64,000 nucleotides of DNA from Elainellaceae cyanobacterium. Lineage in GTDB: Bacteria > Cyanobacteriota > Cyanobacteriia > CAZCXK01. Each line of letters begins with the position of its first letter. Position 1 is the stretch's first letter. Under the pieces are notes generated by a model that was given only the letters and a program-made list of their open reading frames with translations, made no database searches and was not told the DNA's origin. The stretch is from contig JBNPEG010000056.1 of the NCBI GenBank assembly GCA_051117555.1, forward strand, positions 1 to 64,000. Reading direction: 5' to 3'. Below are positions 1 to 9,983 of the stretch, in pieces. The position numbers and the translations under genes are program-made.

Positions 1-121
1 AAAACGGGTCGAAAAGTTGCTGAGGATTTCAAAGCCAACATGAAGATTGTCTTCGATGAAGTTTTACCACAATGGAATTACACAGCCAAACCAGAATTAC
101 AGATTATTTAATTCCCGTTCC
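1..121 (+). mobile_element. 3' end of an ISAzo13-family insertion sequence (transposase C-terminus 1..111 plus putative right end to ~121)
   Basis: Frame +1 reads KTGRKVAEDFKANMKIVFDEVLPQWNYTAKPELQII*, resembling the WNYT-x-x-P C-terminus of ISAzo13 (DDE_Tnp_ISAZ013) transposases. It is followed by ATTATTTAATTCCCGTTCC and then TAA (possible 3-bp target), at the point where the neighbouring gene loses homology. Confidence 0.75.
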
Positions 122-397
122 TAACCACTTTTCGTAGTATCGAAGTCGAAAATATTCGAAGGGATGCAAACCCTCTGCCCCCATACGCAGATGGCCCCAT
201 GTCCAAAAACTTTTGAAGTTGGTTGGCACCTGCTCAATTGGGTAATTAGGGATCGAGGTGTCGAGATGGTTACTAAGCGCCATCATGGCTGTATGAATAC
301 CAAAGATGCGCTTTTCCCAGGGTTCAACAAAAACCCTAGTCTCAACGTTAACTGGATCTAGGCCCTCTAAGCCTCCTAGATAGTGCTGTAATTTCAT
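104..397 (-). pseudogene. nthB: Nitrile hydratase beta-subunit-like (NHase/thiocyanate hydrolase beta family) N-terminal part, truncated by IS
   Basis: HYLGG, FVEPWEKRIFG and RMGAEGLHPFEY..RYYEKWL match NHase beta N-terminal motifs. The last residues (TGIK*) are read from the IS end. Confidence 0.75.
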
Positions 398-446
398 GGG
401 TTTACAAAGTATTCAAAGGACAAAAAAGGACGATTAAAAAAGGGAT

Positions 447-1427
447 TCAGACTTCTGCATAAACCTCTGCTAGACAATTCCTAAACCCGTCTCGAAGGGC
501 TTCCTCATTCAAGTTTCTGCCGATGAAAACTAGCTCACTACGGCGTGGTTCTCCTGGCTGCCAAGGTTTCCCAGGACGACCCTCTAAGGTCATATGAACC
601 CCTTGAAATACAAACCGTCGCTGGGCATTATCTACATCCAAGATGCCCTTCATACGAAAGATATCGGGGCCTTGCGCCTGAACAAGCTGATAAAGCCAGC
701 GGTTGAGCTTGTCACTGTCGACAGTTCCTTGTTCGGTAATGGCAATGGAATAGACGGATTCGTCATGGTCGTGAGCGTCTTCGTCCAAAAACTCTGGATC
801 GATGCTCAATGCGTTTTTGAGATCAAAGGCTTGGATACCGAGTATCTTTTCTAGAGAAATTTCACAACTTTGGGTCGGATGTATTGCTGCGATCGCATTG
901 ATTCCACGTATTTTGAGTGCTAATTCAGCCTGATTCTCTTGGGAAACCAAATCTATCTTGTTCAATAGAATGACATCAGCGAATGCAATTTGCTCTTGTG
1001 CTTCGCTGCTGTCCCAGTGTCCTTCAATATACTTAGCATCAACTACGGTCACGACGGCATCAAGCTGCGTTTTTCGGGCCATCACTTCGTCGGTGAAAAA
1101 TGATTGAATCACTGGAGCAGGATCGGCCAACCCAGTCGTTTCAATAACCAAATGCTCAAGTGAGTCATCCCGTGCCATTAGGTCACCGATGATTCGAATG
1201 AGATCTCCCCTAACGGTGCAGCAAATACACCCGTTGTTCATCTCGAAGATTTCTTCGTCAGCATCAATAACGAGTTGATGATCGATGCCAACTTCACCAA
1301 ATTCGTTGACAATAACCGCAATTTTCTTGCCATGATTCTCAGTTAAGATGCGGTTTAATAGAGTCGTTTTCCCGGCTCCTAAATAACCAGTGAGCACTGT
1401 GACAGGAACCTTCTGAACTAGTGTCAT
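447..1427 (-). CDS. CobW/COG0523 family GTPase metallochaperone (NHase activator-like)
   Basis: [18 protein letters not shown] and NKxD motifs plus a CobW_C domain. Confidence 0.93.
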   Translation of the reverse strand: MTLVQKVPVTVLTGYLGAGKTTLLNRILTENHGKKIAVIVNEFGEVGIDHQLVIDADEEIFEMNNGCICCTVRGDLIRIIGDLMARDDSLEHLVIETTGLADPAPVIQSFFTDEVMARKTQLDAVVTVVDAKYIEGHWDSSEAQEQIAFADVILLNKIDLVSQENQAELALKIRGINAIAAIHPTQSCEISLEKILGIQAFDLKNALSIDPEFLDEDAHDHDESVYSIAITEQGTVDSDKLNRWLYQLVQAQGPDIFRMKGILDVDNAQRRFVFQGVHMTLEGRPGKPWQPGEPRRSELVFIGRNLNEEALRDGFRNCLAEVYAEV

Positions 1428-1494
1428 AACCTATATCACGCTCCTAAAAGATGCACAATTCTTCATCAAAATAAATGAGTTTGAGCGAGAATAC

Positions 1495-2004
1495 TCATCT
1501 TACTTCCATAGACGCTGCTGATGTTGTCATTGCTTTACCCCAAGCCTCAGAGAGATACCCAAAAATAGCCCCTAAAATCATTGCGGCGATCGCAATCAAG
1601 ACCGGGTTATTGGGTAGAGGAGCAGTAACTGCTAATCCCGTAACTGCTACTGTACCGACAGCTTGAGAGAACCCCCATACAATGGCGGGTGTGATTCCGT
1701 ATGTGAACGGTAGCTTCGATGCCTGAACCATAGCAGCACTGCCGATACCTACACAAATTGCTGCGATTAGCGGAGTGTTTCCAATTAGATCAATCGCTAA
1801 AAGAGATAGGGCAGCAATAATGATGCCTGTAATATTGCAAGCGACCGATTTGACGAAACCCTGAACGCCTCCACCCACGATAAAAAAAGATGCCCAAGCG
1901 GTAAACGTCACCCAAACAGGGACGGGGATAACCGTCGCTGTCAGGAAAACATCAATACCTCCCAGGACACCAATACTAATACTGAGAGCCTCAGATTGCC
2001 TCAT
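1495..2004 (-). CDS. DUF1097-family integral membrane protein
   Basis: 169 aa, very hydrophobic, with the W-x-x-F-x-A-W-A-x-F-F pattern typical of DUF1097. Confidence 0.75.
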   Translation of the reverse strand: MRQSEALSISIGVLGGIDVFLTATVIPVPVWVTFTAWASFFIVGGGVQGFVKSVACNITGIIIAALSLLAIDLIGNTPLIAAICVGIGSAAMVQASKLPFTYGITPAIVWGFSQAVGTVAVTGLAVTAPLPNNPVLIAIAAMILGAIFGYLSEAWGKAMTTSAASMEVR

Positions 2005-2036
2005 AAGCTACCTCAAGATTCTGCAATGAGCTTCAT

Positions 2037-2133
2037 TACAGCCGCCCTACGGGCTTAGGTTTGTGTGGTGAGCCTCCGCAGCGCGGGGGCTCACCACACG
2101 TTCAATGTCCTAACGCGAGAGCGTACGGCTATA
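2037..2133. repeat. MITE-like dispersed repeat (TATAGC...GCTATA family) with internal GC hairpin
   Basis: Imperfect terminal inverted repeats TACAGCCG..TTAGG / CCTAA..CGGCTATA, hairpin GTGTGGTGAGCC..GGCTCACCACAC, and related copies at 4545, 37918 and 52726. Confidence 0.7.
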
Positions 2134-2223
2134 AAACGCGAGTTGGCTAAACCGTTGACACACACTACCGTCATGAATTTTGCACAGAAAAATTGCGTAC
2201 AGTCTACCTATACGCATGAAGGG

Positions 2224-2266
2224 AATATAAGTCGCGCTCTCGCCGTAAACTGTAGACCCTGCTACA
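2224..2266 (-). promoter_or_regulatory. NtcA class II promoter for the DUF1097-cobW-nthB operon
   Basis: tGTA-gaccctgc-TACa at 2251-2266 and a minus-strand TATATT -10 box (2229-2224), exactly 22 nt apart, giving GTA-N8-TAC-N22-TAN3T. Confidence 0.75.
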
Positions 2267-2446
2267 TTTTGATATGGGTTGCAGATCAGTCGGTACGCTG
2301 TGGCGATCGCCCGGTATACCACTGGATGGGCGAAATTGGCAGGTTTCGTAGATAAAGAACGAGGCGCGATCGCAACCTTCTAATCGAGGAATTGATATGA
2401 GGATAGAAAACCGCTCGTTTGATAGAGGGAGCGATCGCCATCAAGT

Positions 2447-2488
2447 AGTGGCGTGTCTAATGTGGCGCGTCTAATGTGGCGTGTCTAA
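2447..2488. repeat. Tandem 14-bp repeat x3 (GTGGCGTGTCTAAT)
   Basis: Three adjacent near-identical units. Confidence 0.8.
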
Positions 2489-2562
2489 TATTGCTACTAT
2501 TCTCTAATACTATTCTCACAAACCGTCGGTAGGATATGAGATTAGCAAGTCTATTGGGTGTT

Positions 2563-3231
2563 TCAAACGGAAACGAAATCGTTTGCGTTCAACTGGTTTG
2601 GCCTGATATCAAGCACTAATGCGAGAGAATCACCTTGTAGTTGAATCAGAGTGTCTCGCCCTTGGGGTCTAATTGTCAAATCGCTAAACCCAATTCCTCC
2701 AGTCAGACCCAGGCGATCGTGGTTATTCTTAAAGTCGAGAATGCGATCGCGCCCATCCCCTGGTTGCAACACAAAGATGTCGTGTCCGCTACCACCGCTC
2801 AACACATCACTGCCCAGATCACCGAAAAGAATATCTTGCCCAATGCCACCGTTGAGGCTGTCGTCGCCAATACCGCCACTAAGACTGTCATCTCCGCCAT
2901 TACCGTCGAGCGTATCATTCCCGGCTCCACCCGTCAGCACGTCGTCGCCAGCTCCGCCCGTCAGCACGTCGTTGCCGTCATTCCCAGTCAGGGTATCATC
3001 GCCACCGAGCCCATTTAAGCTGTCATCGGCGTCAGAGCCGACTAACACATCATTGCCGTCCGTTGCGCCCAGCGGCACGCTTGGGTCGGGTGGAACCAAA
3101 ATGGGAGGCTCGATGAATGGAGCTGAAAGGCGTGCGTCAGGAACAATCTGATAGGCGCTATCCGCTGGGAAAAGATTTGTTGAATTATTTCCAAGCCCCA
3201 AGGCATTGTGGGTGGTATCCGTTTGTGACAT
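2563..3231 (-). CDS. RTX/hemolysin-type calcium-binding repeat protein
   Basis: About 10 GGxGxDxLx nonapeptides and a C-terminal D-x-I-x-DF...D-x-L-x-L region typical of type I secreted proteins. Confidence 0.88.
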   Translation of the reverse strand: MSQTDTTHNALGLGNNSTNLFPADSAYQIVPDARLSAPFIEPPILVPPDPSVPLGATDGNDVLVGSDADDSLNGLGGDDTLTGNDGNDVLTGGAGDDVLTGGAGNDTLDGNGGDDSLSGGIGDDSLNGGIGQDILFGDLGSDVLSGGSGHDIFVLQPGDGRDRILDFKNNHDRLGLTGGIGFSDLTIRPQGRDTLIQLQGDSLALVLDIRPNQLNANDFVSV

Positions 3232-3600
3232 GGTTTTCCGTGAGTTGTAGGTATGTCGCAAGCCTTATATTCCTAGATTGATGCAATCATCGGAACGGTA
3301 GATGCCCTGGAAAATTGGGTTATAAGTCCACGATAAACAAAAATTTCTATAATTGAAAACTCGATTAAACCGTTTCAAGTCGATCTGCGAAAGATCAACA
3401 ACAAATATCCGTTGCTCTCACTGCGTTTTAGGTGATCTTGGGAATTTTTTCAACGGGAACAGCAGAAATGTCTAGCCACATTAATAGATTGAATTAAAGA
3501 ATATTTGTTCCAGATTTCCCACCCATCGGAACTATTTTTTATAGCCCGACACGCTCAGATTTATGGGTAGGACGTGCCGCCAGAGCTCCACCGTCGATGT

Positions 3601-4461
3601 CTAGGATGACGGCGGCTCTGCTGATGCGTTCTCCGATGGCGGAGAATTGGGATTGAACTCCCACAGCATAATCATGACGGAGGGGCCGGTCGCACTGGGG
3701 GTGGCATTTAGGTAGCCGACAAGCTGATCATCACTGGTTTTAACTTCATATAGAGGCCCCCCTCCATAATCCTCTAGCTGATTAATGGTGACATCCTCTG
3801 GCAGATAGTCTTCCGGGCGAAAGGCGTTGACCACTCCTTCATTTTCGGTCTGCGACAAATCAACATCGTTGAGCATGATGACTCGGTCATTAATGATGCC
3901 GTCTCGCAAGGATGGAGTATTTGCGCTCGGATCATCGAAGTAGGCCGCAGGGTTGTCATAGAAGGCTGGCGGTGGATTGTCTCCCCCCGCAAAATAGCGA
4001 TCGCTGCTTTCAAATCCGCTGGCCAACTGATTCCGATAGGAACTCGGATCAAACGCTGGCGTGGGCAATGGAGACGGCGTGGGCTGAGGAGATGCTGCCG
4101 GGGTGGGTGTCGCCGCAGGTTGAGGAGCGGGCGTTTGAATGGCTTGAGGCTGAGGGGCAGGAGCAGGAGCCGCTGGGCGAGGTGTAGGCTGTACGGGAAC
4201 CGGAGACGGGGTGGGCTGGGGGGTGGGAGTAGGCGTGGGCGACGGTTCGGATTCAGGAAGAGGCTTCACAATAGGCGACAGGCTGGTAATATCGATTTCT
4301 TGCTCTTCCTCTAGGTCTTCGGGGTCAACCTCTGGCTCAGGATTTCCCGGAATTGCCAGCACCATCCCATGCAGCAGCAATGAGACATATAGCATCGGAT
4401 GAAAAAGTAATTGCCAAATCAGGGGCGATCGCTGCGGTGACTGCTGTGATGAATTCTCCAT
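3601..4461 (-). CDS. Membrane-anchored proline-rich periplasmic protein (TonB-like architecture)
   Basis: N-terminal TM with S-x-x-x-H (SLLLH), a long PT/PQ-rich linker and a C-terminal globular domain. Lies near exbBD. Start taken at MENSS. Confidence 0.6.
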   Translation of the reverse strand: MENSSQQSPQRSPLIWQLLFHPMLYVSLLLHGMVLAIPGNPEPEVDPEDLEEEQEIDITSLSPIVKPLPESEPSPTPTPTPQPTPSPVPVQPTPRPAAPAPAPQPQAIQTPAPQPAATPTPAASPQPTPSPLPTPAFDPSSYRNQLASGFESSDRYFAGGDNPPPAFYDNPAAYFDDPSANTPSLRDGIINDRVIMLNDVDLSQTENEGVVNAFRPEDYLPEDVTINQLEDYGGGPLYEVKTSDDQLVGYLNATPSATGPSVMIMLWEFNPNSPPSENASAEPPSS

Positions 4462-4544
4462 AGTGCCGCGTAACCCATCCAAAACTAGAATAGTATCCAA
4501 AAAAAACACCCTGGGGAGAAAACCGACACTCGCCCCAAGGTGTA

Positions 4545-4645
4545 TATAGCAACCGAAGAGTTGGTTGGGATACAAGGTGTTGTGGAGCCCGCGCCGCGCG
4601 GGCTCCACAACACGTGTTCGTTCAACCCTCTCGTCTACTGCTATA
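4545..4645. repeat. MITE-like dispersed repeat (TATAGC...GCTATA family)
   Basis: TATAGC and GCTATA ends with internal hairpin GTGTTGTGGAGCCCGCG-CCG-CGCGGGCTCCACAACAC. Confidence 0.7.
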
Positions 4646-4687
4646 TCATCGAGGCAGATGCAAAACGCACAATTCCCAACAGACTAA

Positions 4688-5704
4688 TTATTCTGTTGGA
4701 GTGAGTGAACGAGACAATTGCATAACATCTTCGAGGTCTAAACCAGACGTTTCGTTTGCCTGGTAGACCGTACCCACTTCAAGGTCATTCAGCAATGACT
4801 GACCGATAGAATATGCTTGCTCAGAAAGCGCTACGTAACCGACTTCAGGCACGATACCCGGTGCGTTATTGAGGTAGTATTCAACAAACGCCTGCATCTC
4901 TGGGCGCTGAGCTGAATCAGCACTTACATAGATGAAAATTGGGCGAGAGAGAGGCGTGTAGGTTCCGTTGTTGACGCTCCGAGACGAAGGCAACACGGGA
5001 CCATCCCCACTATCAATGGCAACAGCACGAAGCTGTTCACGATTATTATCGAAATAGGCGTAGCCGAAGTAGCCGAGAGCATTCTCATCACGAGCAACAC
5101 CCAAGACCAAAATGTTGTCATCTTCGCTAGCAGTATAGTCAGCTCGGCTAGCCCCTTCCTCTCCGACAATTTCATCGGTGAAATAGTCAAAGGTTCCAGA
5201 ATCGGTTCCAGGACCATAGAGAGAGATTTCGGCATCAGGCCACGATGGCTCAAGATCACTCCAATTGGTGATTGTACCTTGTGCAGCAGGTTCCCATAGG
5301 GTCTGAAGCTGCTCAACCGTCATTTCCGTTGCCCAGTCGTTTTCAGGATGGATGACAACTGTGATTGCGTCGTAGGCGACTGGAATTTCGACGTACTCGA
5401 TTCCATTTGCCATACAAGCTTCCATCTCGGTGGGCTTGATTGGGCGAGAGGCGTTGGAGATATCGGTTTCACCGTTGCAAAACTTCTCGAAGCCACCGCC
5501 TGTTCCAGAGACACCCACTGTAATCTGGGTATCTGGATTCTGTGACATATACTCTTCAGCCATTGCCTCGCTGATTGGAAACACTGTACTAGAACCATCA
5601 ATGGCAATAGACTGTGCAGACGCTACAGACGAGGAGAATCCTACTCCTGCGACGGCGACGGCTGCCGCTCCAACTAATGTGAGTCGATTCAATTTAAATT
5701 GCAT
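4688..5704 (-). CDS. pstS: Phosphate ABC transporter substrate-binding protein, PstS family
   Basis: [24 protein letters not shown] and YTPLSRP motifs, with a signal peptide. Confidence 0.93.
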   Translation of the reverse strand: MQFKLNRLTLVGAAAVAVAGVGFSSSVASAQSIAIDGSSTVFPISEAMAEEYMSQNPDTQITVGVSGTGGGFEKFCNGETDISNASRPIKPTEMEACMANGIEYVEIPVAYDAITVVIHPENDWATEMTVEQLQTLWEPAAQGTITNWSDLEPSWPDAEISLYGPGTDSGTFDYFTDEIVGEEGASRADYTASEDDNILVLGVARDENALGYFGYAYFDNNREQLRAVAIDSGDGPVLPSSRSVNNGTYTPLSRPIFIYVSADSAQRPEMQAFVEYYLNNAPGIVPEVGYVALSEQAYSIGQSLLNDLEVGTVYQANETSGLDLEDVMQLSRSLTPTE

Positions 5705-5823
5705 TCCGCTCACCACCATAAAATCACACTCCAAGGCATCTTTTTTTGGGGTCAATATAAAACCTAACGAGGGGTACAATACTCGCTAATGATTAAGCAT
5801 TCTTAATGGAAACCTATACCAAC

Positions 5824-5853
5824 CAGTTATGAAGAGGTTGTGTTTAGATTAAG
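5824..5853 (-). promoter_or_regulatory. Pho box (SphR/PhoB site) upstream of pstS
   Basis: Minus strand CTTAATCT-aaa-CACAACCT-ctt-CATAACTG: three PyTTAAPyPyW-like repeats with 11-bp period. Confidence 0.7.
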
Positions 5854-5901
5854 CATTTGAGCGATCGCCTCAGCACCGACACTGTCCGCCGATCGCTATA
5901 A

Positions 5902-6312
5902 TCATTCGATTGCCAGCGATACTCGGTTACCGCCAATGTCTTGGAGGGTTCTGAGCAGGTTTTCAACCTCGTCATAGCTTAAATCCCGATCGGCTTTGAT
6001 GCGGATAATACCGTCCGGATTCTCAACTAAATAAGCGCCAACTTCGCCAGTCAACTCGGAAAGGCTGATCGACTCTTCCGCCATCAAGATTTCTCCTTGA
6101 GCATTCAGCCCGACCACAAACGGCTCGACCTCTTCATCCCCTTCACCCACTCCACGCTCGGCTTCCGGTAGGTCAACGCTGACGATATTCTGCCCCGTCA
6201 ACGTCATTGAAATGATGATGAAGAAAGTCAGCACGGTCATCAACACATCCATCATGGGGACAAGGTTGACCTCTGGGATTTGGGAACCGGGTCTTGGACG
6301 GTTGAGACGCAT
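5902..6312 (-). CDS. exbD: Biopolymer transporter ExbD
   Basis: NLVPMMDVLM..L.FF and I.AD...Y motifs. Confidence 0.9.
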   Translation of the reverse strand: MRLNRPRPGSQIPEVNLVPMMDVLMTVLTFFIIISMTLTGQNIVSVDLPEAERGVGEGDEEVEPFVVGLNAQGEILMAEESISLSELTGEVGAYLVENPDGIIRIKADRDLSYDEVENLLRTLQDIGGNRVSLAIE

Positions 6313-6365
6313 GGGTAGAACTTTAGAGAGTAATGAGCAAAACTAATGAACCCTATGCGAGTGCA

Positions 6366-6779
6366 CTACTCGAGGGCAAGAGAGACGCGATCGCCCCCAA
6401 TATCACGCATATCTCCCAAGAACCGTACCACTTGCTCATACGGAAGCTGGGGATCGGGCGTAATCAACACCGCACCGTCTTCGTTTTCGGCGAGATACTG
6501 CTGAATTTGCTGCTCTAACGCGCTTTGGGAAATGGATTGATCCTCGACTAAAATCTGTCCGTCAGCCGTGAGTTGAACAATTAGAGGATCAGGCGGCTGA
6601 CTGTCAGGCAATGGGGCTGCCTGCTGGTCGCTTGGCAGTTGCACATCAATTCCCTGCGATGTTGATAATGTCATGGTAATCATGACGAAAAACGCTAGGA
6701 TTCCCAGCATCACATTCAGCATGGGAATCAAATTAATCACTGGAATCGATGAGTTGGTGTGGCGTTCCTTAAACCGCAT
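6366..6779 (-). CDS. exbD: Biopolymer transporter ExbD (second copy)
   Basis: INLIPMLNVMLGILAFFVM. The conserved TM Asp is replaced by Asn. Confidence 0.88.
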   Translation of the reverse strand: MRFKERHTNSSIPVINLIPMLNVMLGILAFFVMITMTLSTSQGIDVQLPSDQQAAPLPDSQPPDPLIVQLTADGQILVEDQSISQSALEQQIQQYLAENEDGAVLITPDPQLPYEQVVRFLGDMRDIGGDRVSLALE

Positions 6780-6792
6780 AGGTCAACATCAA

Positions 6793-7476
6793 CTAGTGCG
6801 TTGAAACAGGAGACGTTGCCAGATAATCGCCTGAACTTTCTCGGGCTGGCTCATACCAAACCTGACGGTAAATTACTTCTAATTCGCTGCCAACTTCTGA
6901 GAAATAGTCCATCTGGTTGGCTTGCAGCGAGACAAAAACGCGGAAAATCACCAATGCCAAAATCGCAACAACCATGCCTGCGGCAGTTGTGATTAACGCT
7001 TCGCCAATGCCACCCGCCGCCCGGGTTGCTTGCTCGCCTGTACCGCCGCTGCCAATATCCAAATTGTTGAAGGTCGCAATCAGTCCGGTAACAGTGCCCA
7101 GCAAGCCCAGCAAAGGAGCAAGTGCAACTACTGTTTCCAAAAGCTTGTCACCTTTGCGCATTTGCACAAACTCTTTGTCGGCTGCTGCTTCCATTGCAAG
7201 TCGAAAGGTTTCGGGGCTGGGCTGCTTGAGCTTGAGAGGCGCTAGCAAAAATCGTCCAATGGGCAGATCCTGCACCTGCTCGGCGATCGCCCGTGCCTCA
7301 CTCAGGTTATATCGTGACGCTTCGAGCACGTCATGCACAATTCGATGCTCCCGCCGCAGCAGTCGATACCAAAACCAGCCTCGTTCCAACCCAGTTGCAA
7401 TCGTAAACACTGACAATCCGACGATGGGAATCATCACCGGACCACCCTTAATCACCAAATCGAGGACAGGAAACAT
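6793..7476 (-). CDS. exbB: MotA/TolQ/ExbB proton channel protein
   Basis: APLLGLLGTV and GIGEALITTAAG motifs. Confidence 0.92.
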   Translation of the reverse strand: MFPVLDLVIKGGPVMIPIVGLSVFTIATGLERGWFWYRLLRREHRIVHDVLEASRYNLSEARAIAEQVQDLPIGRFLLAPLKLKQPSPETFRLAMEAAADKEFVQMRKGDKLLETVVALAPLLGLLGTVTGLIATFNNLDIGSGGTGEQATRAAGGIGEALITTAAGMVVAILALVIFRVFVSLQANQMDYFSEVGSELEVIYRQVWYEPARESSGDYLATSPVSTH

Positions 7477-7637
7477 AGCGCCCTTGGGGAAGTTTTAGTC
7501 GTCTCAAATCTTAACAGAATTGCGTTCCATGGATAGGGTACCTGAATTACTCATTCGTCTCGTTAAGAGAAGGTAATTCGAAGGCTAATGGTGGATTAAG
7601 ATTGCCCATGACGGGATAAAACCTGGGAAGAACCCCA

Positions 7638-8858
7638 TTAGTTTACCGGGATGGTAAGCACAAAATCGATCAGGTGATGAGCCATTTGAAGTTTGCTTCC
7701 TAAGCTAAAGGGCGTTTGTCTGCCGGTGTAGTCGATAAACACCGCCTGGTTTTGGGTGCTCCCAAATCCACTGTTGGGCTGGTCAATCGGGTTGGCGGCG
7801 ATCGCATCGAGTTTCTTACGCCGGAGCTTTTCTAGGGCAGGGGTGACAATGTCCCCTGTTTGGGCGGCAAAACCGATTAGCCGCTGTCCTGACCGTTTAC
7901 GCTTGCCTAGATCCATCAAAATGTCGGGGACAGGCTCAAGCTCAAGAGACGAGGGGAGCGATCGCTTCGGCAATTTCTCGGCGTGGTAGTCGGCAGGTTT
8001 CACGTCTGCTACTGCTGCTGACATGATAATCCAATCGGCACTATCACAATAGTCCATAAGCGCAGCCTGCATCTCGTGAGCACTCACAATCGGAACGAGG
8101 CGGAGACTCTCAGACGCAACTAACGCATCCGTTTCCATAGGGGCATGCACGAGCGTCACCTGGGCGCCTCGATGGATGGCAGCCTGCGCCAGTGCGATCC
8201 CCATTTTGCCAGTAGACGGATTGCCAATGAAGCGCACGGGATCAAGATATTCGCGAGTCCCTCCGGCACTGATGAGCAGACGCTGACCAATCAAATCTCG
8301 TGCGCCTCGCGCATGCACGATGGATTGAACATGAGCGACGATTTGCGATGGTTCTGCCATACGCCCTGCACCGAGGCGATCGCACGCTAGGATGCCCGAT
8401 CCAGGCCCCACCGTGTGGCAGCGAGGGTTTGCCTGTACCAAGCTCCAGTTGCGCTGAACGGGCTGCTGAAGCCACATGTCGGTATTCATCGCGGGCGCTA
8501 ACAGCACTGGGCAGGCCGACGCCAGCACCGTATTGGTTAACAAATTGTCTGCCATACCGTAGGCAAGCTTTGCCAGGGTATTAGCCGTGAGCGGCGCAAT
8601 TAGGAAGACGTCTGCCCACTCTCCCAACTCGATATGTAGCGGGCGATCGTGGCTGGGGTGCCAGAAGGTTTCATCGGTGTAGGCAGAATGGCGGGACAGC
8701 GTTGCAAACGTCAGGGGCGTGACAAACTTCTGGGCTCCCTCAGTTAGAATCACACGAACCGTTGCCCCTGCTTTCGCAAGGGTTGAAACGACCTCACAGG
8801 TTTTATACGCTGCAATGCCACCGCCAATGCCAATCAGTATCCGCTGTTCTGCGACCAT
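7638..8858 (-). CDS. coaBC: Bifunctional phosphopantothenoylcysteine decarboxylase/synthase
   Basis: [32 protein letters not shown] and AAVAD motifs. Confidence 0.96.
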   Translation of the reverse strand: MVAEQRILIGIGGGIAAYKTCEVVSTLAKAGATVRVILTEGAQKFVTPLTFATLSRHSAYTDETFWHPSHDRPLHIELGEWADVFLIAPLTANTLAKLAYGMADNLLTNTVLASACPVLLAPAMNTDMWLQQPVQRNWSLVQANPRCHTVGPGSGILACDRLGAGRMAEPSQIVAHVQSIVHARGARDLIGQRLLISAGGTREYLDPVRFIGNPSTGKMGIALAQAAIHRGAQVTLVHAPMETDALVASESLRLVPIVSAHEMQAALMDYCDSADWIIMSAAVADVKPADYHAEKLPKRSLPSSLELEPVPDILMDLGKRKRSGQRLIGFAAQTGDIVTPALEKLRRKKLDAIAANPIDQPNSGFGSTQNQAVFIDYTGRQTPFSLGSKLQMAHHLIDFVLTIPVN

Positions 8859-8883
8859 ACGGCGTGTGGGCGATCGCTCGACG

Positions 8884-9096
8884 CTACGATTCGTCGTAGG
8901 CTTCCATATCTAATAGGTAAAGATAGGGCTCTACCATTTCGGGACGTTGAAAGGCGATCGCTCTAAGCAAATGCCAGTCTCTTAGCCCATCGAACGGATT
9001 TGAATATTCATCCTGGTCAAGACGTTGCGCTAGCTTGGCAACATCTTGATCGGTAACATTGTCAACGTCTTGCTTGGAAAAGCTGAGTGTTGTCAT
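8884..9096 (-). CDS. DUF2555 family small cyanobacterial protein
   Basis: [29 protein letters not shown] pattern, in its usual position next to coaBC. Confidence 0.8.
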   Translation of the reverse strand: MTTLSFSKQDVDNVTDQDVAKLAQRLDQDEYSNPFDGLRDWHLLRAIAFQRPEMVEPYLYLLDMEAYDES

Positions 9097-9236
9097 AATC
9101 GTTCCCCCCTCATCTAGGAGCATCTACCTCTGCGATCTGCTCTGTTTTAGCTTAAACGTTTCAGATTCAATCAGATTCAAAAGGTGCAATGCAGATCTGA
9201 TGCATCCCCATCCCTATCCTACGCTGTTTCACCGAG

Positions 9237-9947
9237 CTATGAAGACACCCCTCCCACAAAACTTTGCATAAGATTCAAGATTTCAAGCCGAATTTCGTGC
9301 CCCATATTCAATTCTTGATAGTGCACCGCTGCTCCTAGACCCACGAGCGTTTCATGCGCCTGACGGGCTGCGGCAATGGGCACCACCGGGTCTTGCTTGC
9401 CATGCACCATGAGAATGGGCGGAATACGGTCTTGCTGAGGATTGAAGGGGGCATGCAAATAGCCACTCAAGACCATAAGGGCAGCAACGGGAAGCTGCGA
9501 CCCGACATCTAGAGTCATTGCTCCGCCTTGGGAAAATCCTGCCAAGACTGTGCGAGATAGTGGGATTCCGGTATTGCCTTCTAATGACATGAGCCACGTC
9601 ATCAGCGTTTGTCGACTTTCGGCTAAATCAGATTGGCGATCGAAATCGGACCCGCTGCGAAAGTCGTAATCAGCCGGAAACCCATACCACATAAAGCCCC
9701 CCGGAGCATACGGGTGGGAAAACGGAGCATCTGGAAAAATCATCTCGTAGTCGGGTAGCTTGAGATAGGGTGCTAACGATGCCAGGTCTTGAGCATTTGC
9801 ACCCCAGCCATGAAGCCCGACCAGCAGACCTTTAGGAGGCTGCCCGGACGAGGGGGGAATATCGATTGCGCGTAACGGCAGAGTTTTTACTCCTTTTCTG
9901 GGCTGAACTCCTCTAAAATCATAGATTCGCAAGGGCGAAATTTCCAT
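9237..9947 (-). CDS. Phospholipase/carboxylesterase (alpha/beta hydrolase); true start probably downstream
   Basis: LHGWGAN, GFSQGG nucleophile elbow, HG..D..V and GH motifs. Confidence 0.9.
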   Translation of the reverse strand: MEISPLRIYDFRGVQPRKGVKTLPLRAIDIPPSSGQPPKGLLVGLHGWGANAQDLASLAPYLKLPDYEMIFPDAPFSHPYAPGGFMWYGFPADYDFRSGSDFDRQSDLAESRQTLMTWLMSLEGNTGIPLSRTVLAGFSQGGAMTLDVGSQLPVAALMVLSGYLHAPFNPQQDRIPPILMVHGKQDPVVPIAAARQAHETLVGLGAAVHYQELNMGHEIRLEILNLMQSFVGGVSS

Positions 9948-9983
9948 CCGTCATGAATTATCTTGTCGAGGGAGTGATTGACC

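Noticed and set aside
2641..3151. Plus-strand ORFs over the RTX gene, and similar long antisense ORFs over exbB, uup and fusA
   Set aside because: Shadow frames of well-supported genes.
3601..4608. Extended N-terminus of the Pro-rich ORF
   Set aside because: The extension runs through a MITE-like repeat, so the ATG at 4461 is more plausible.
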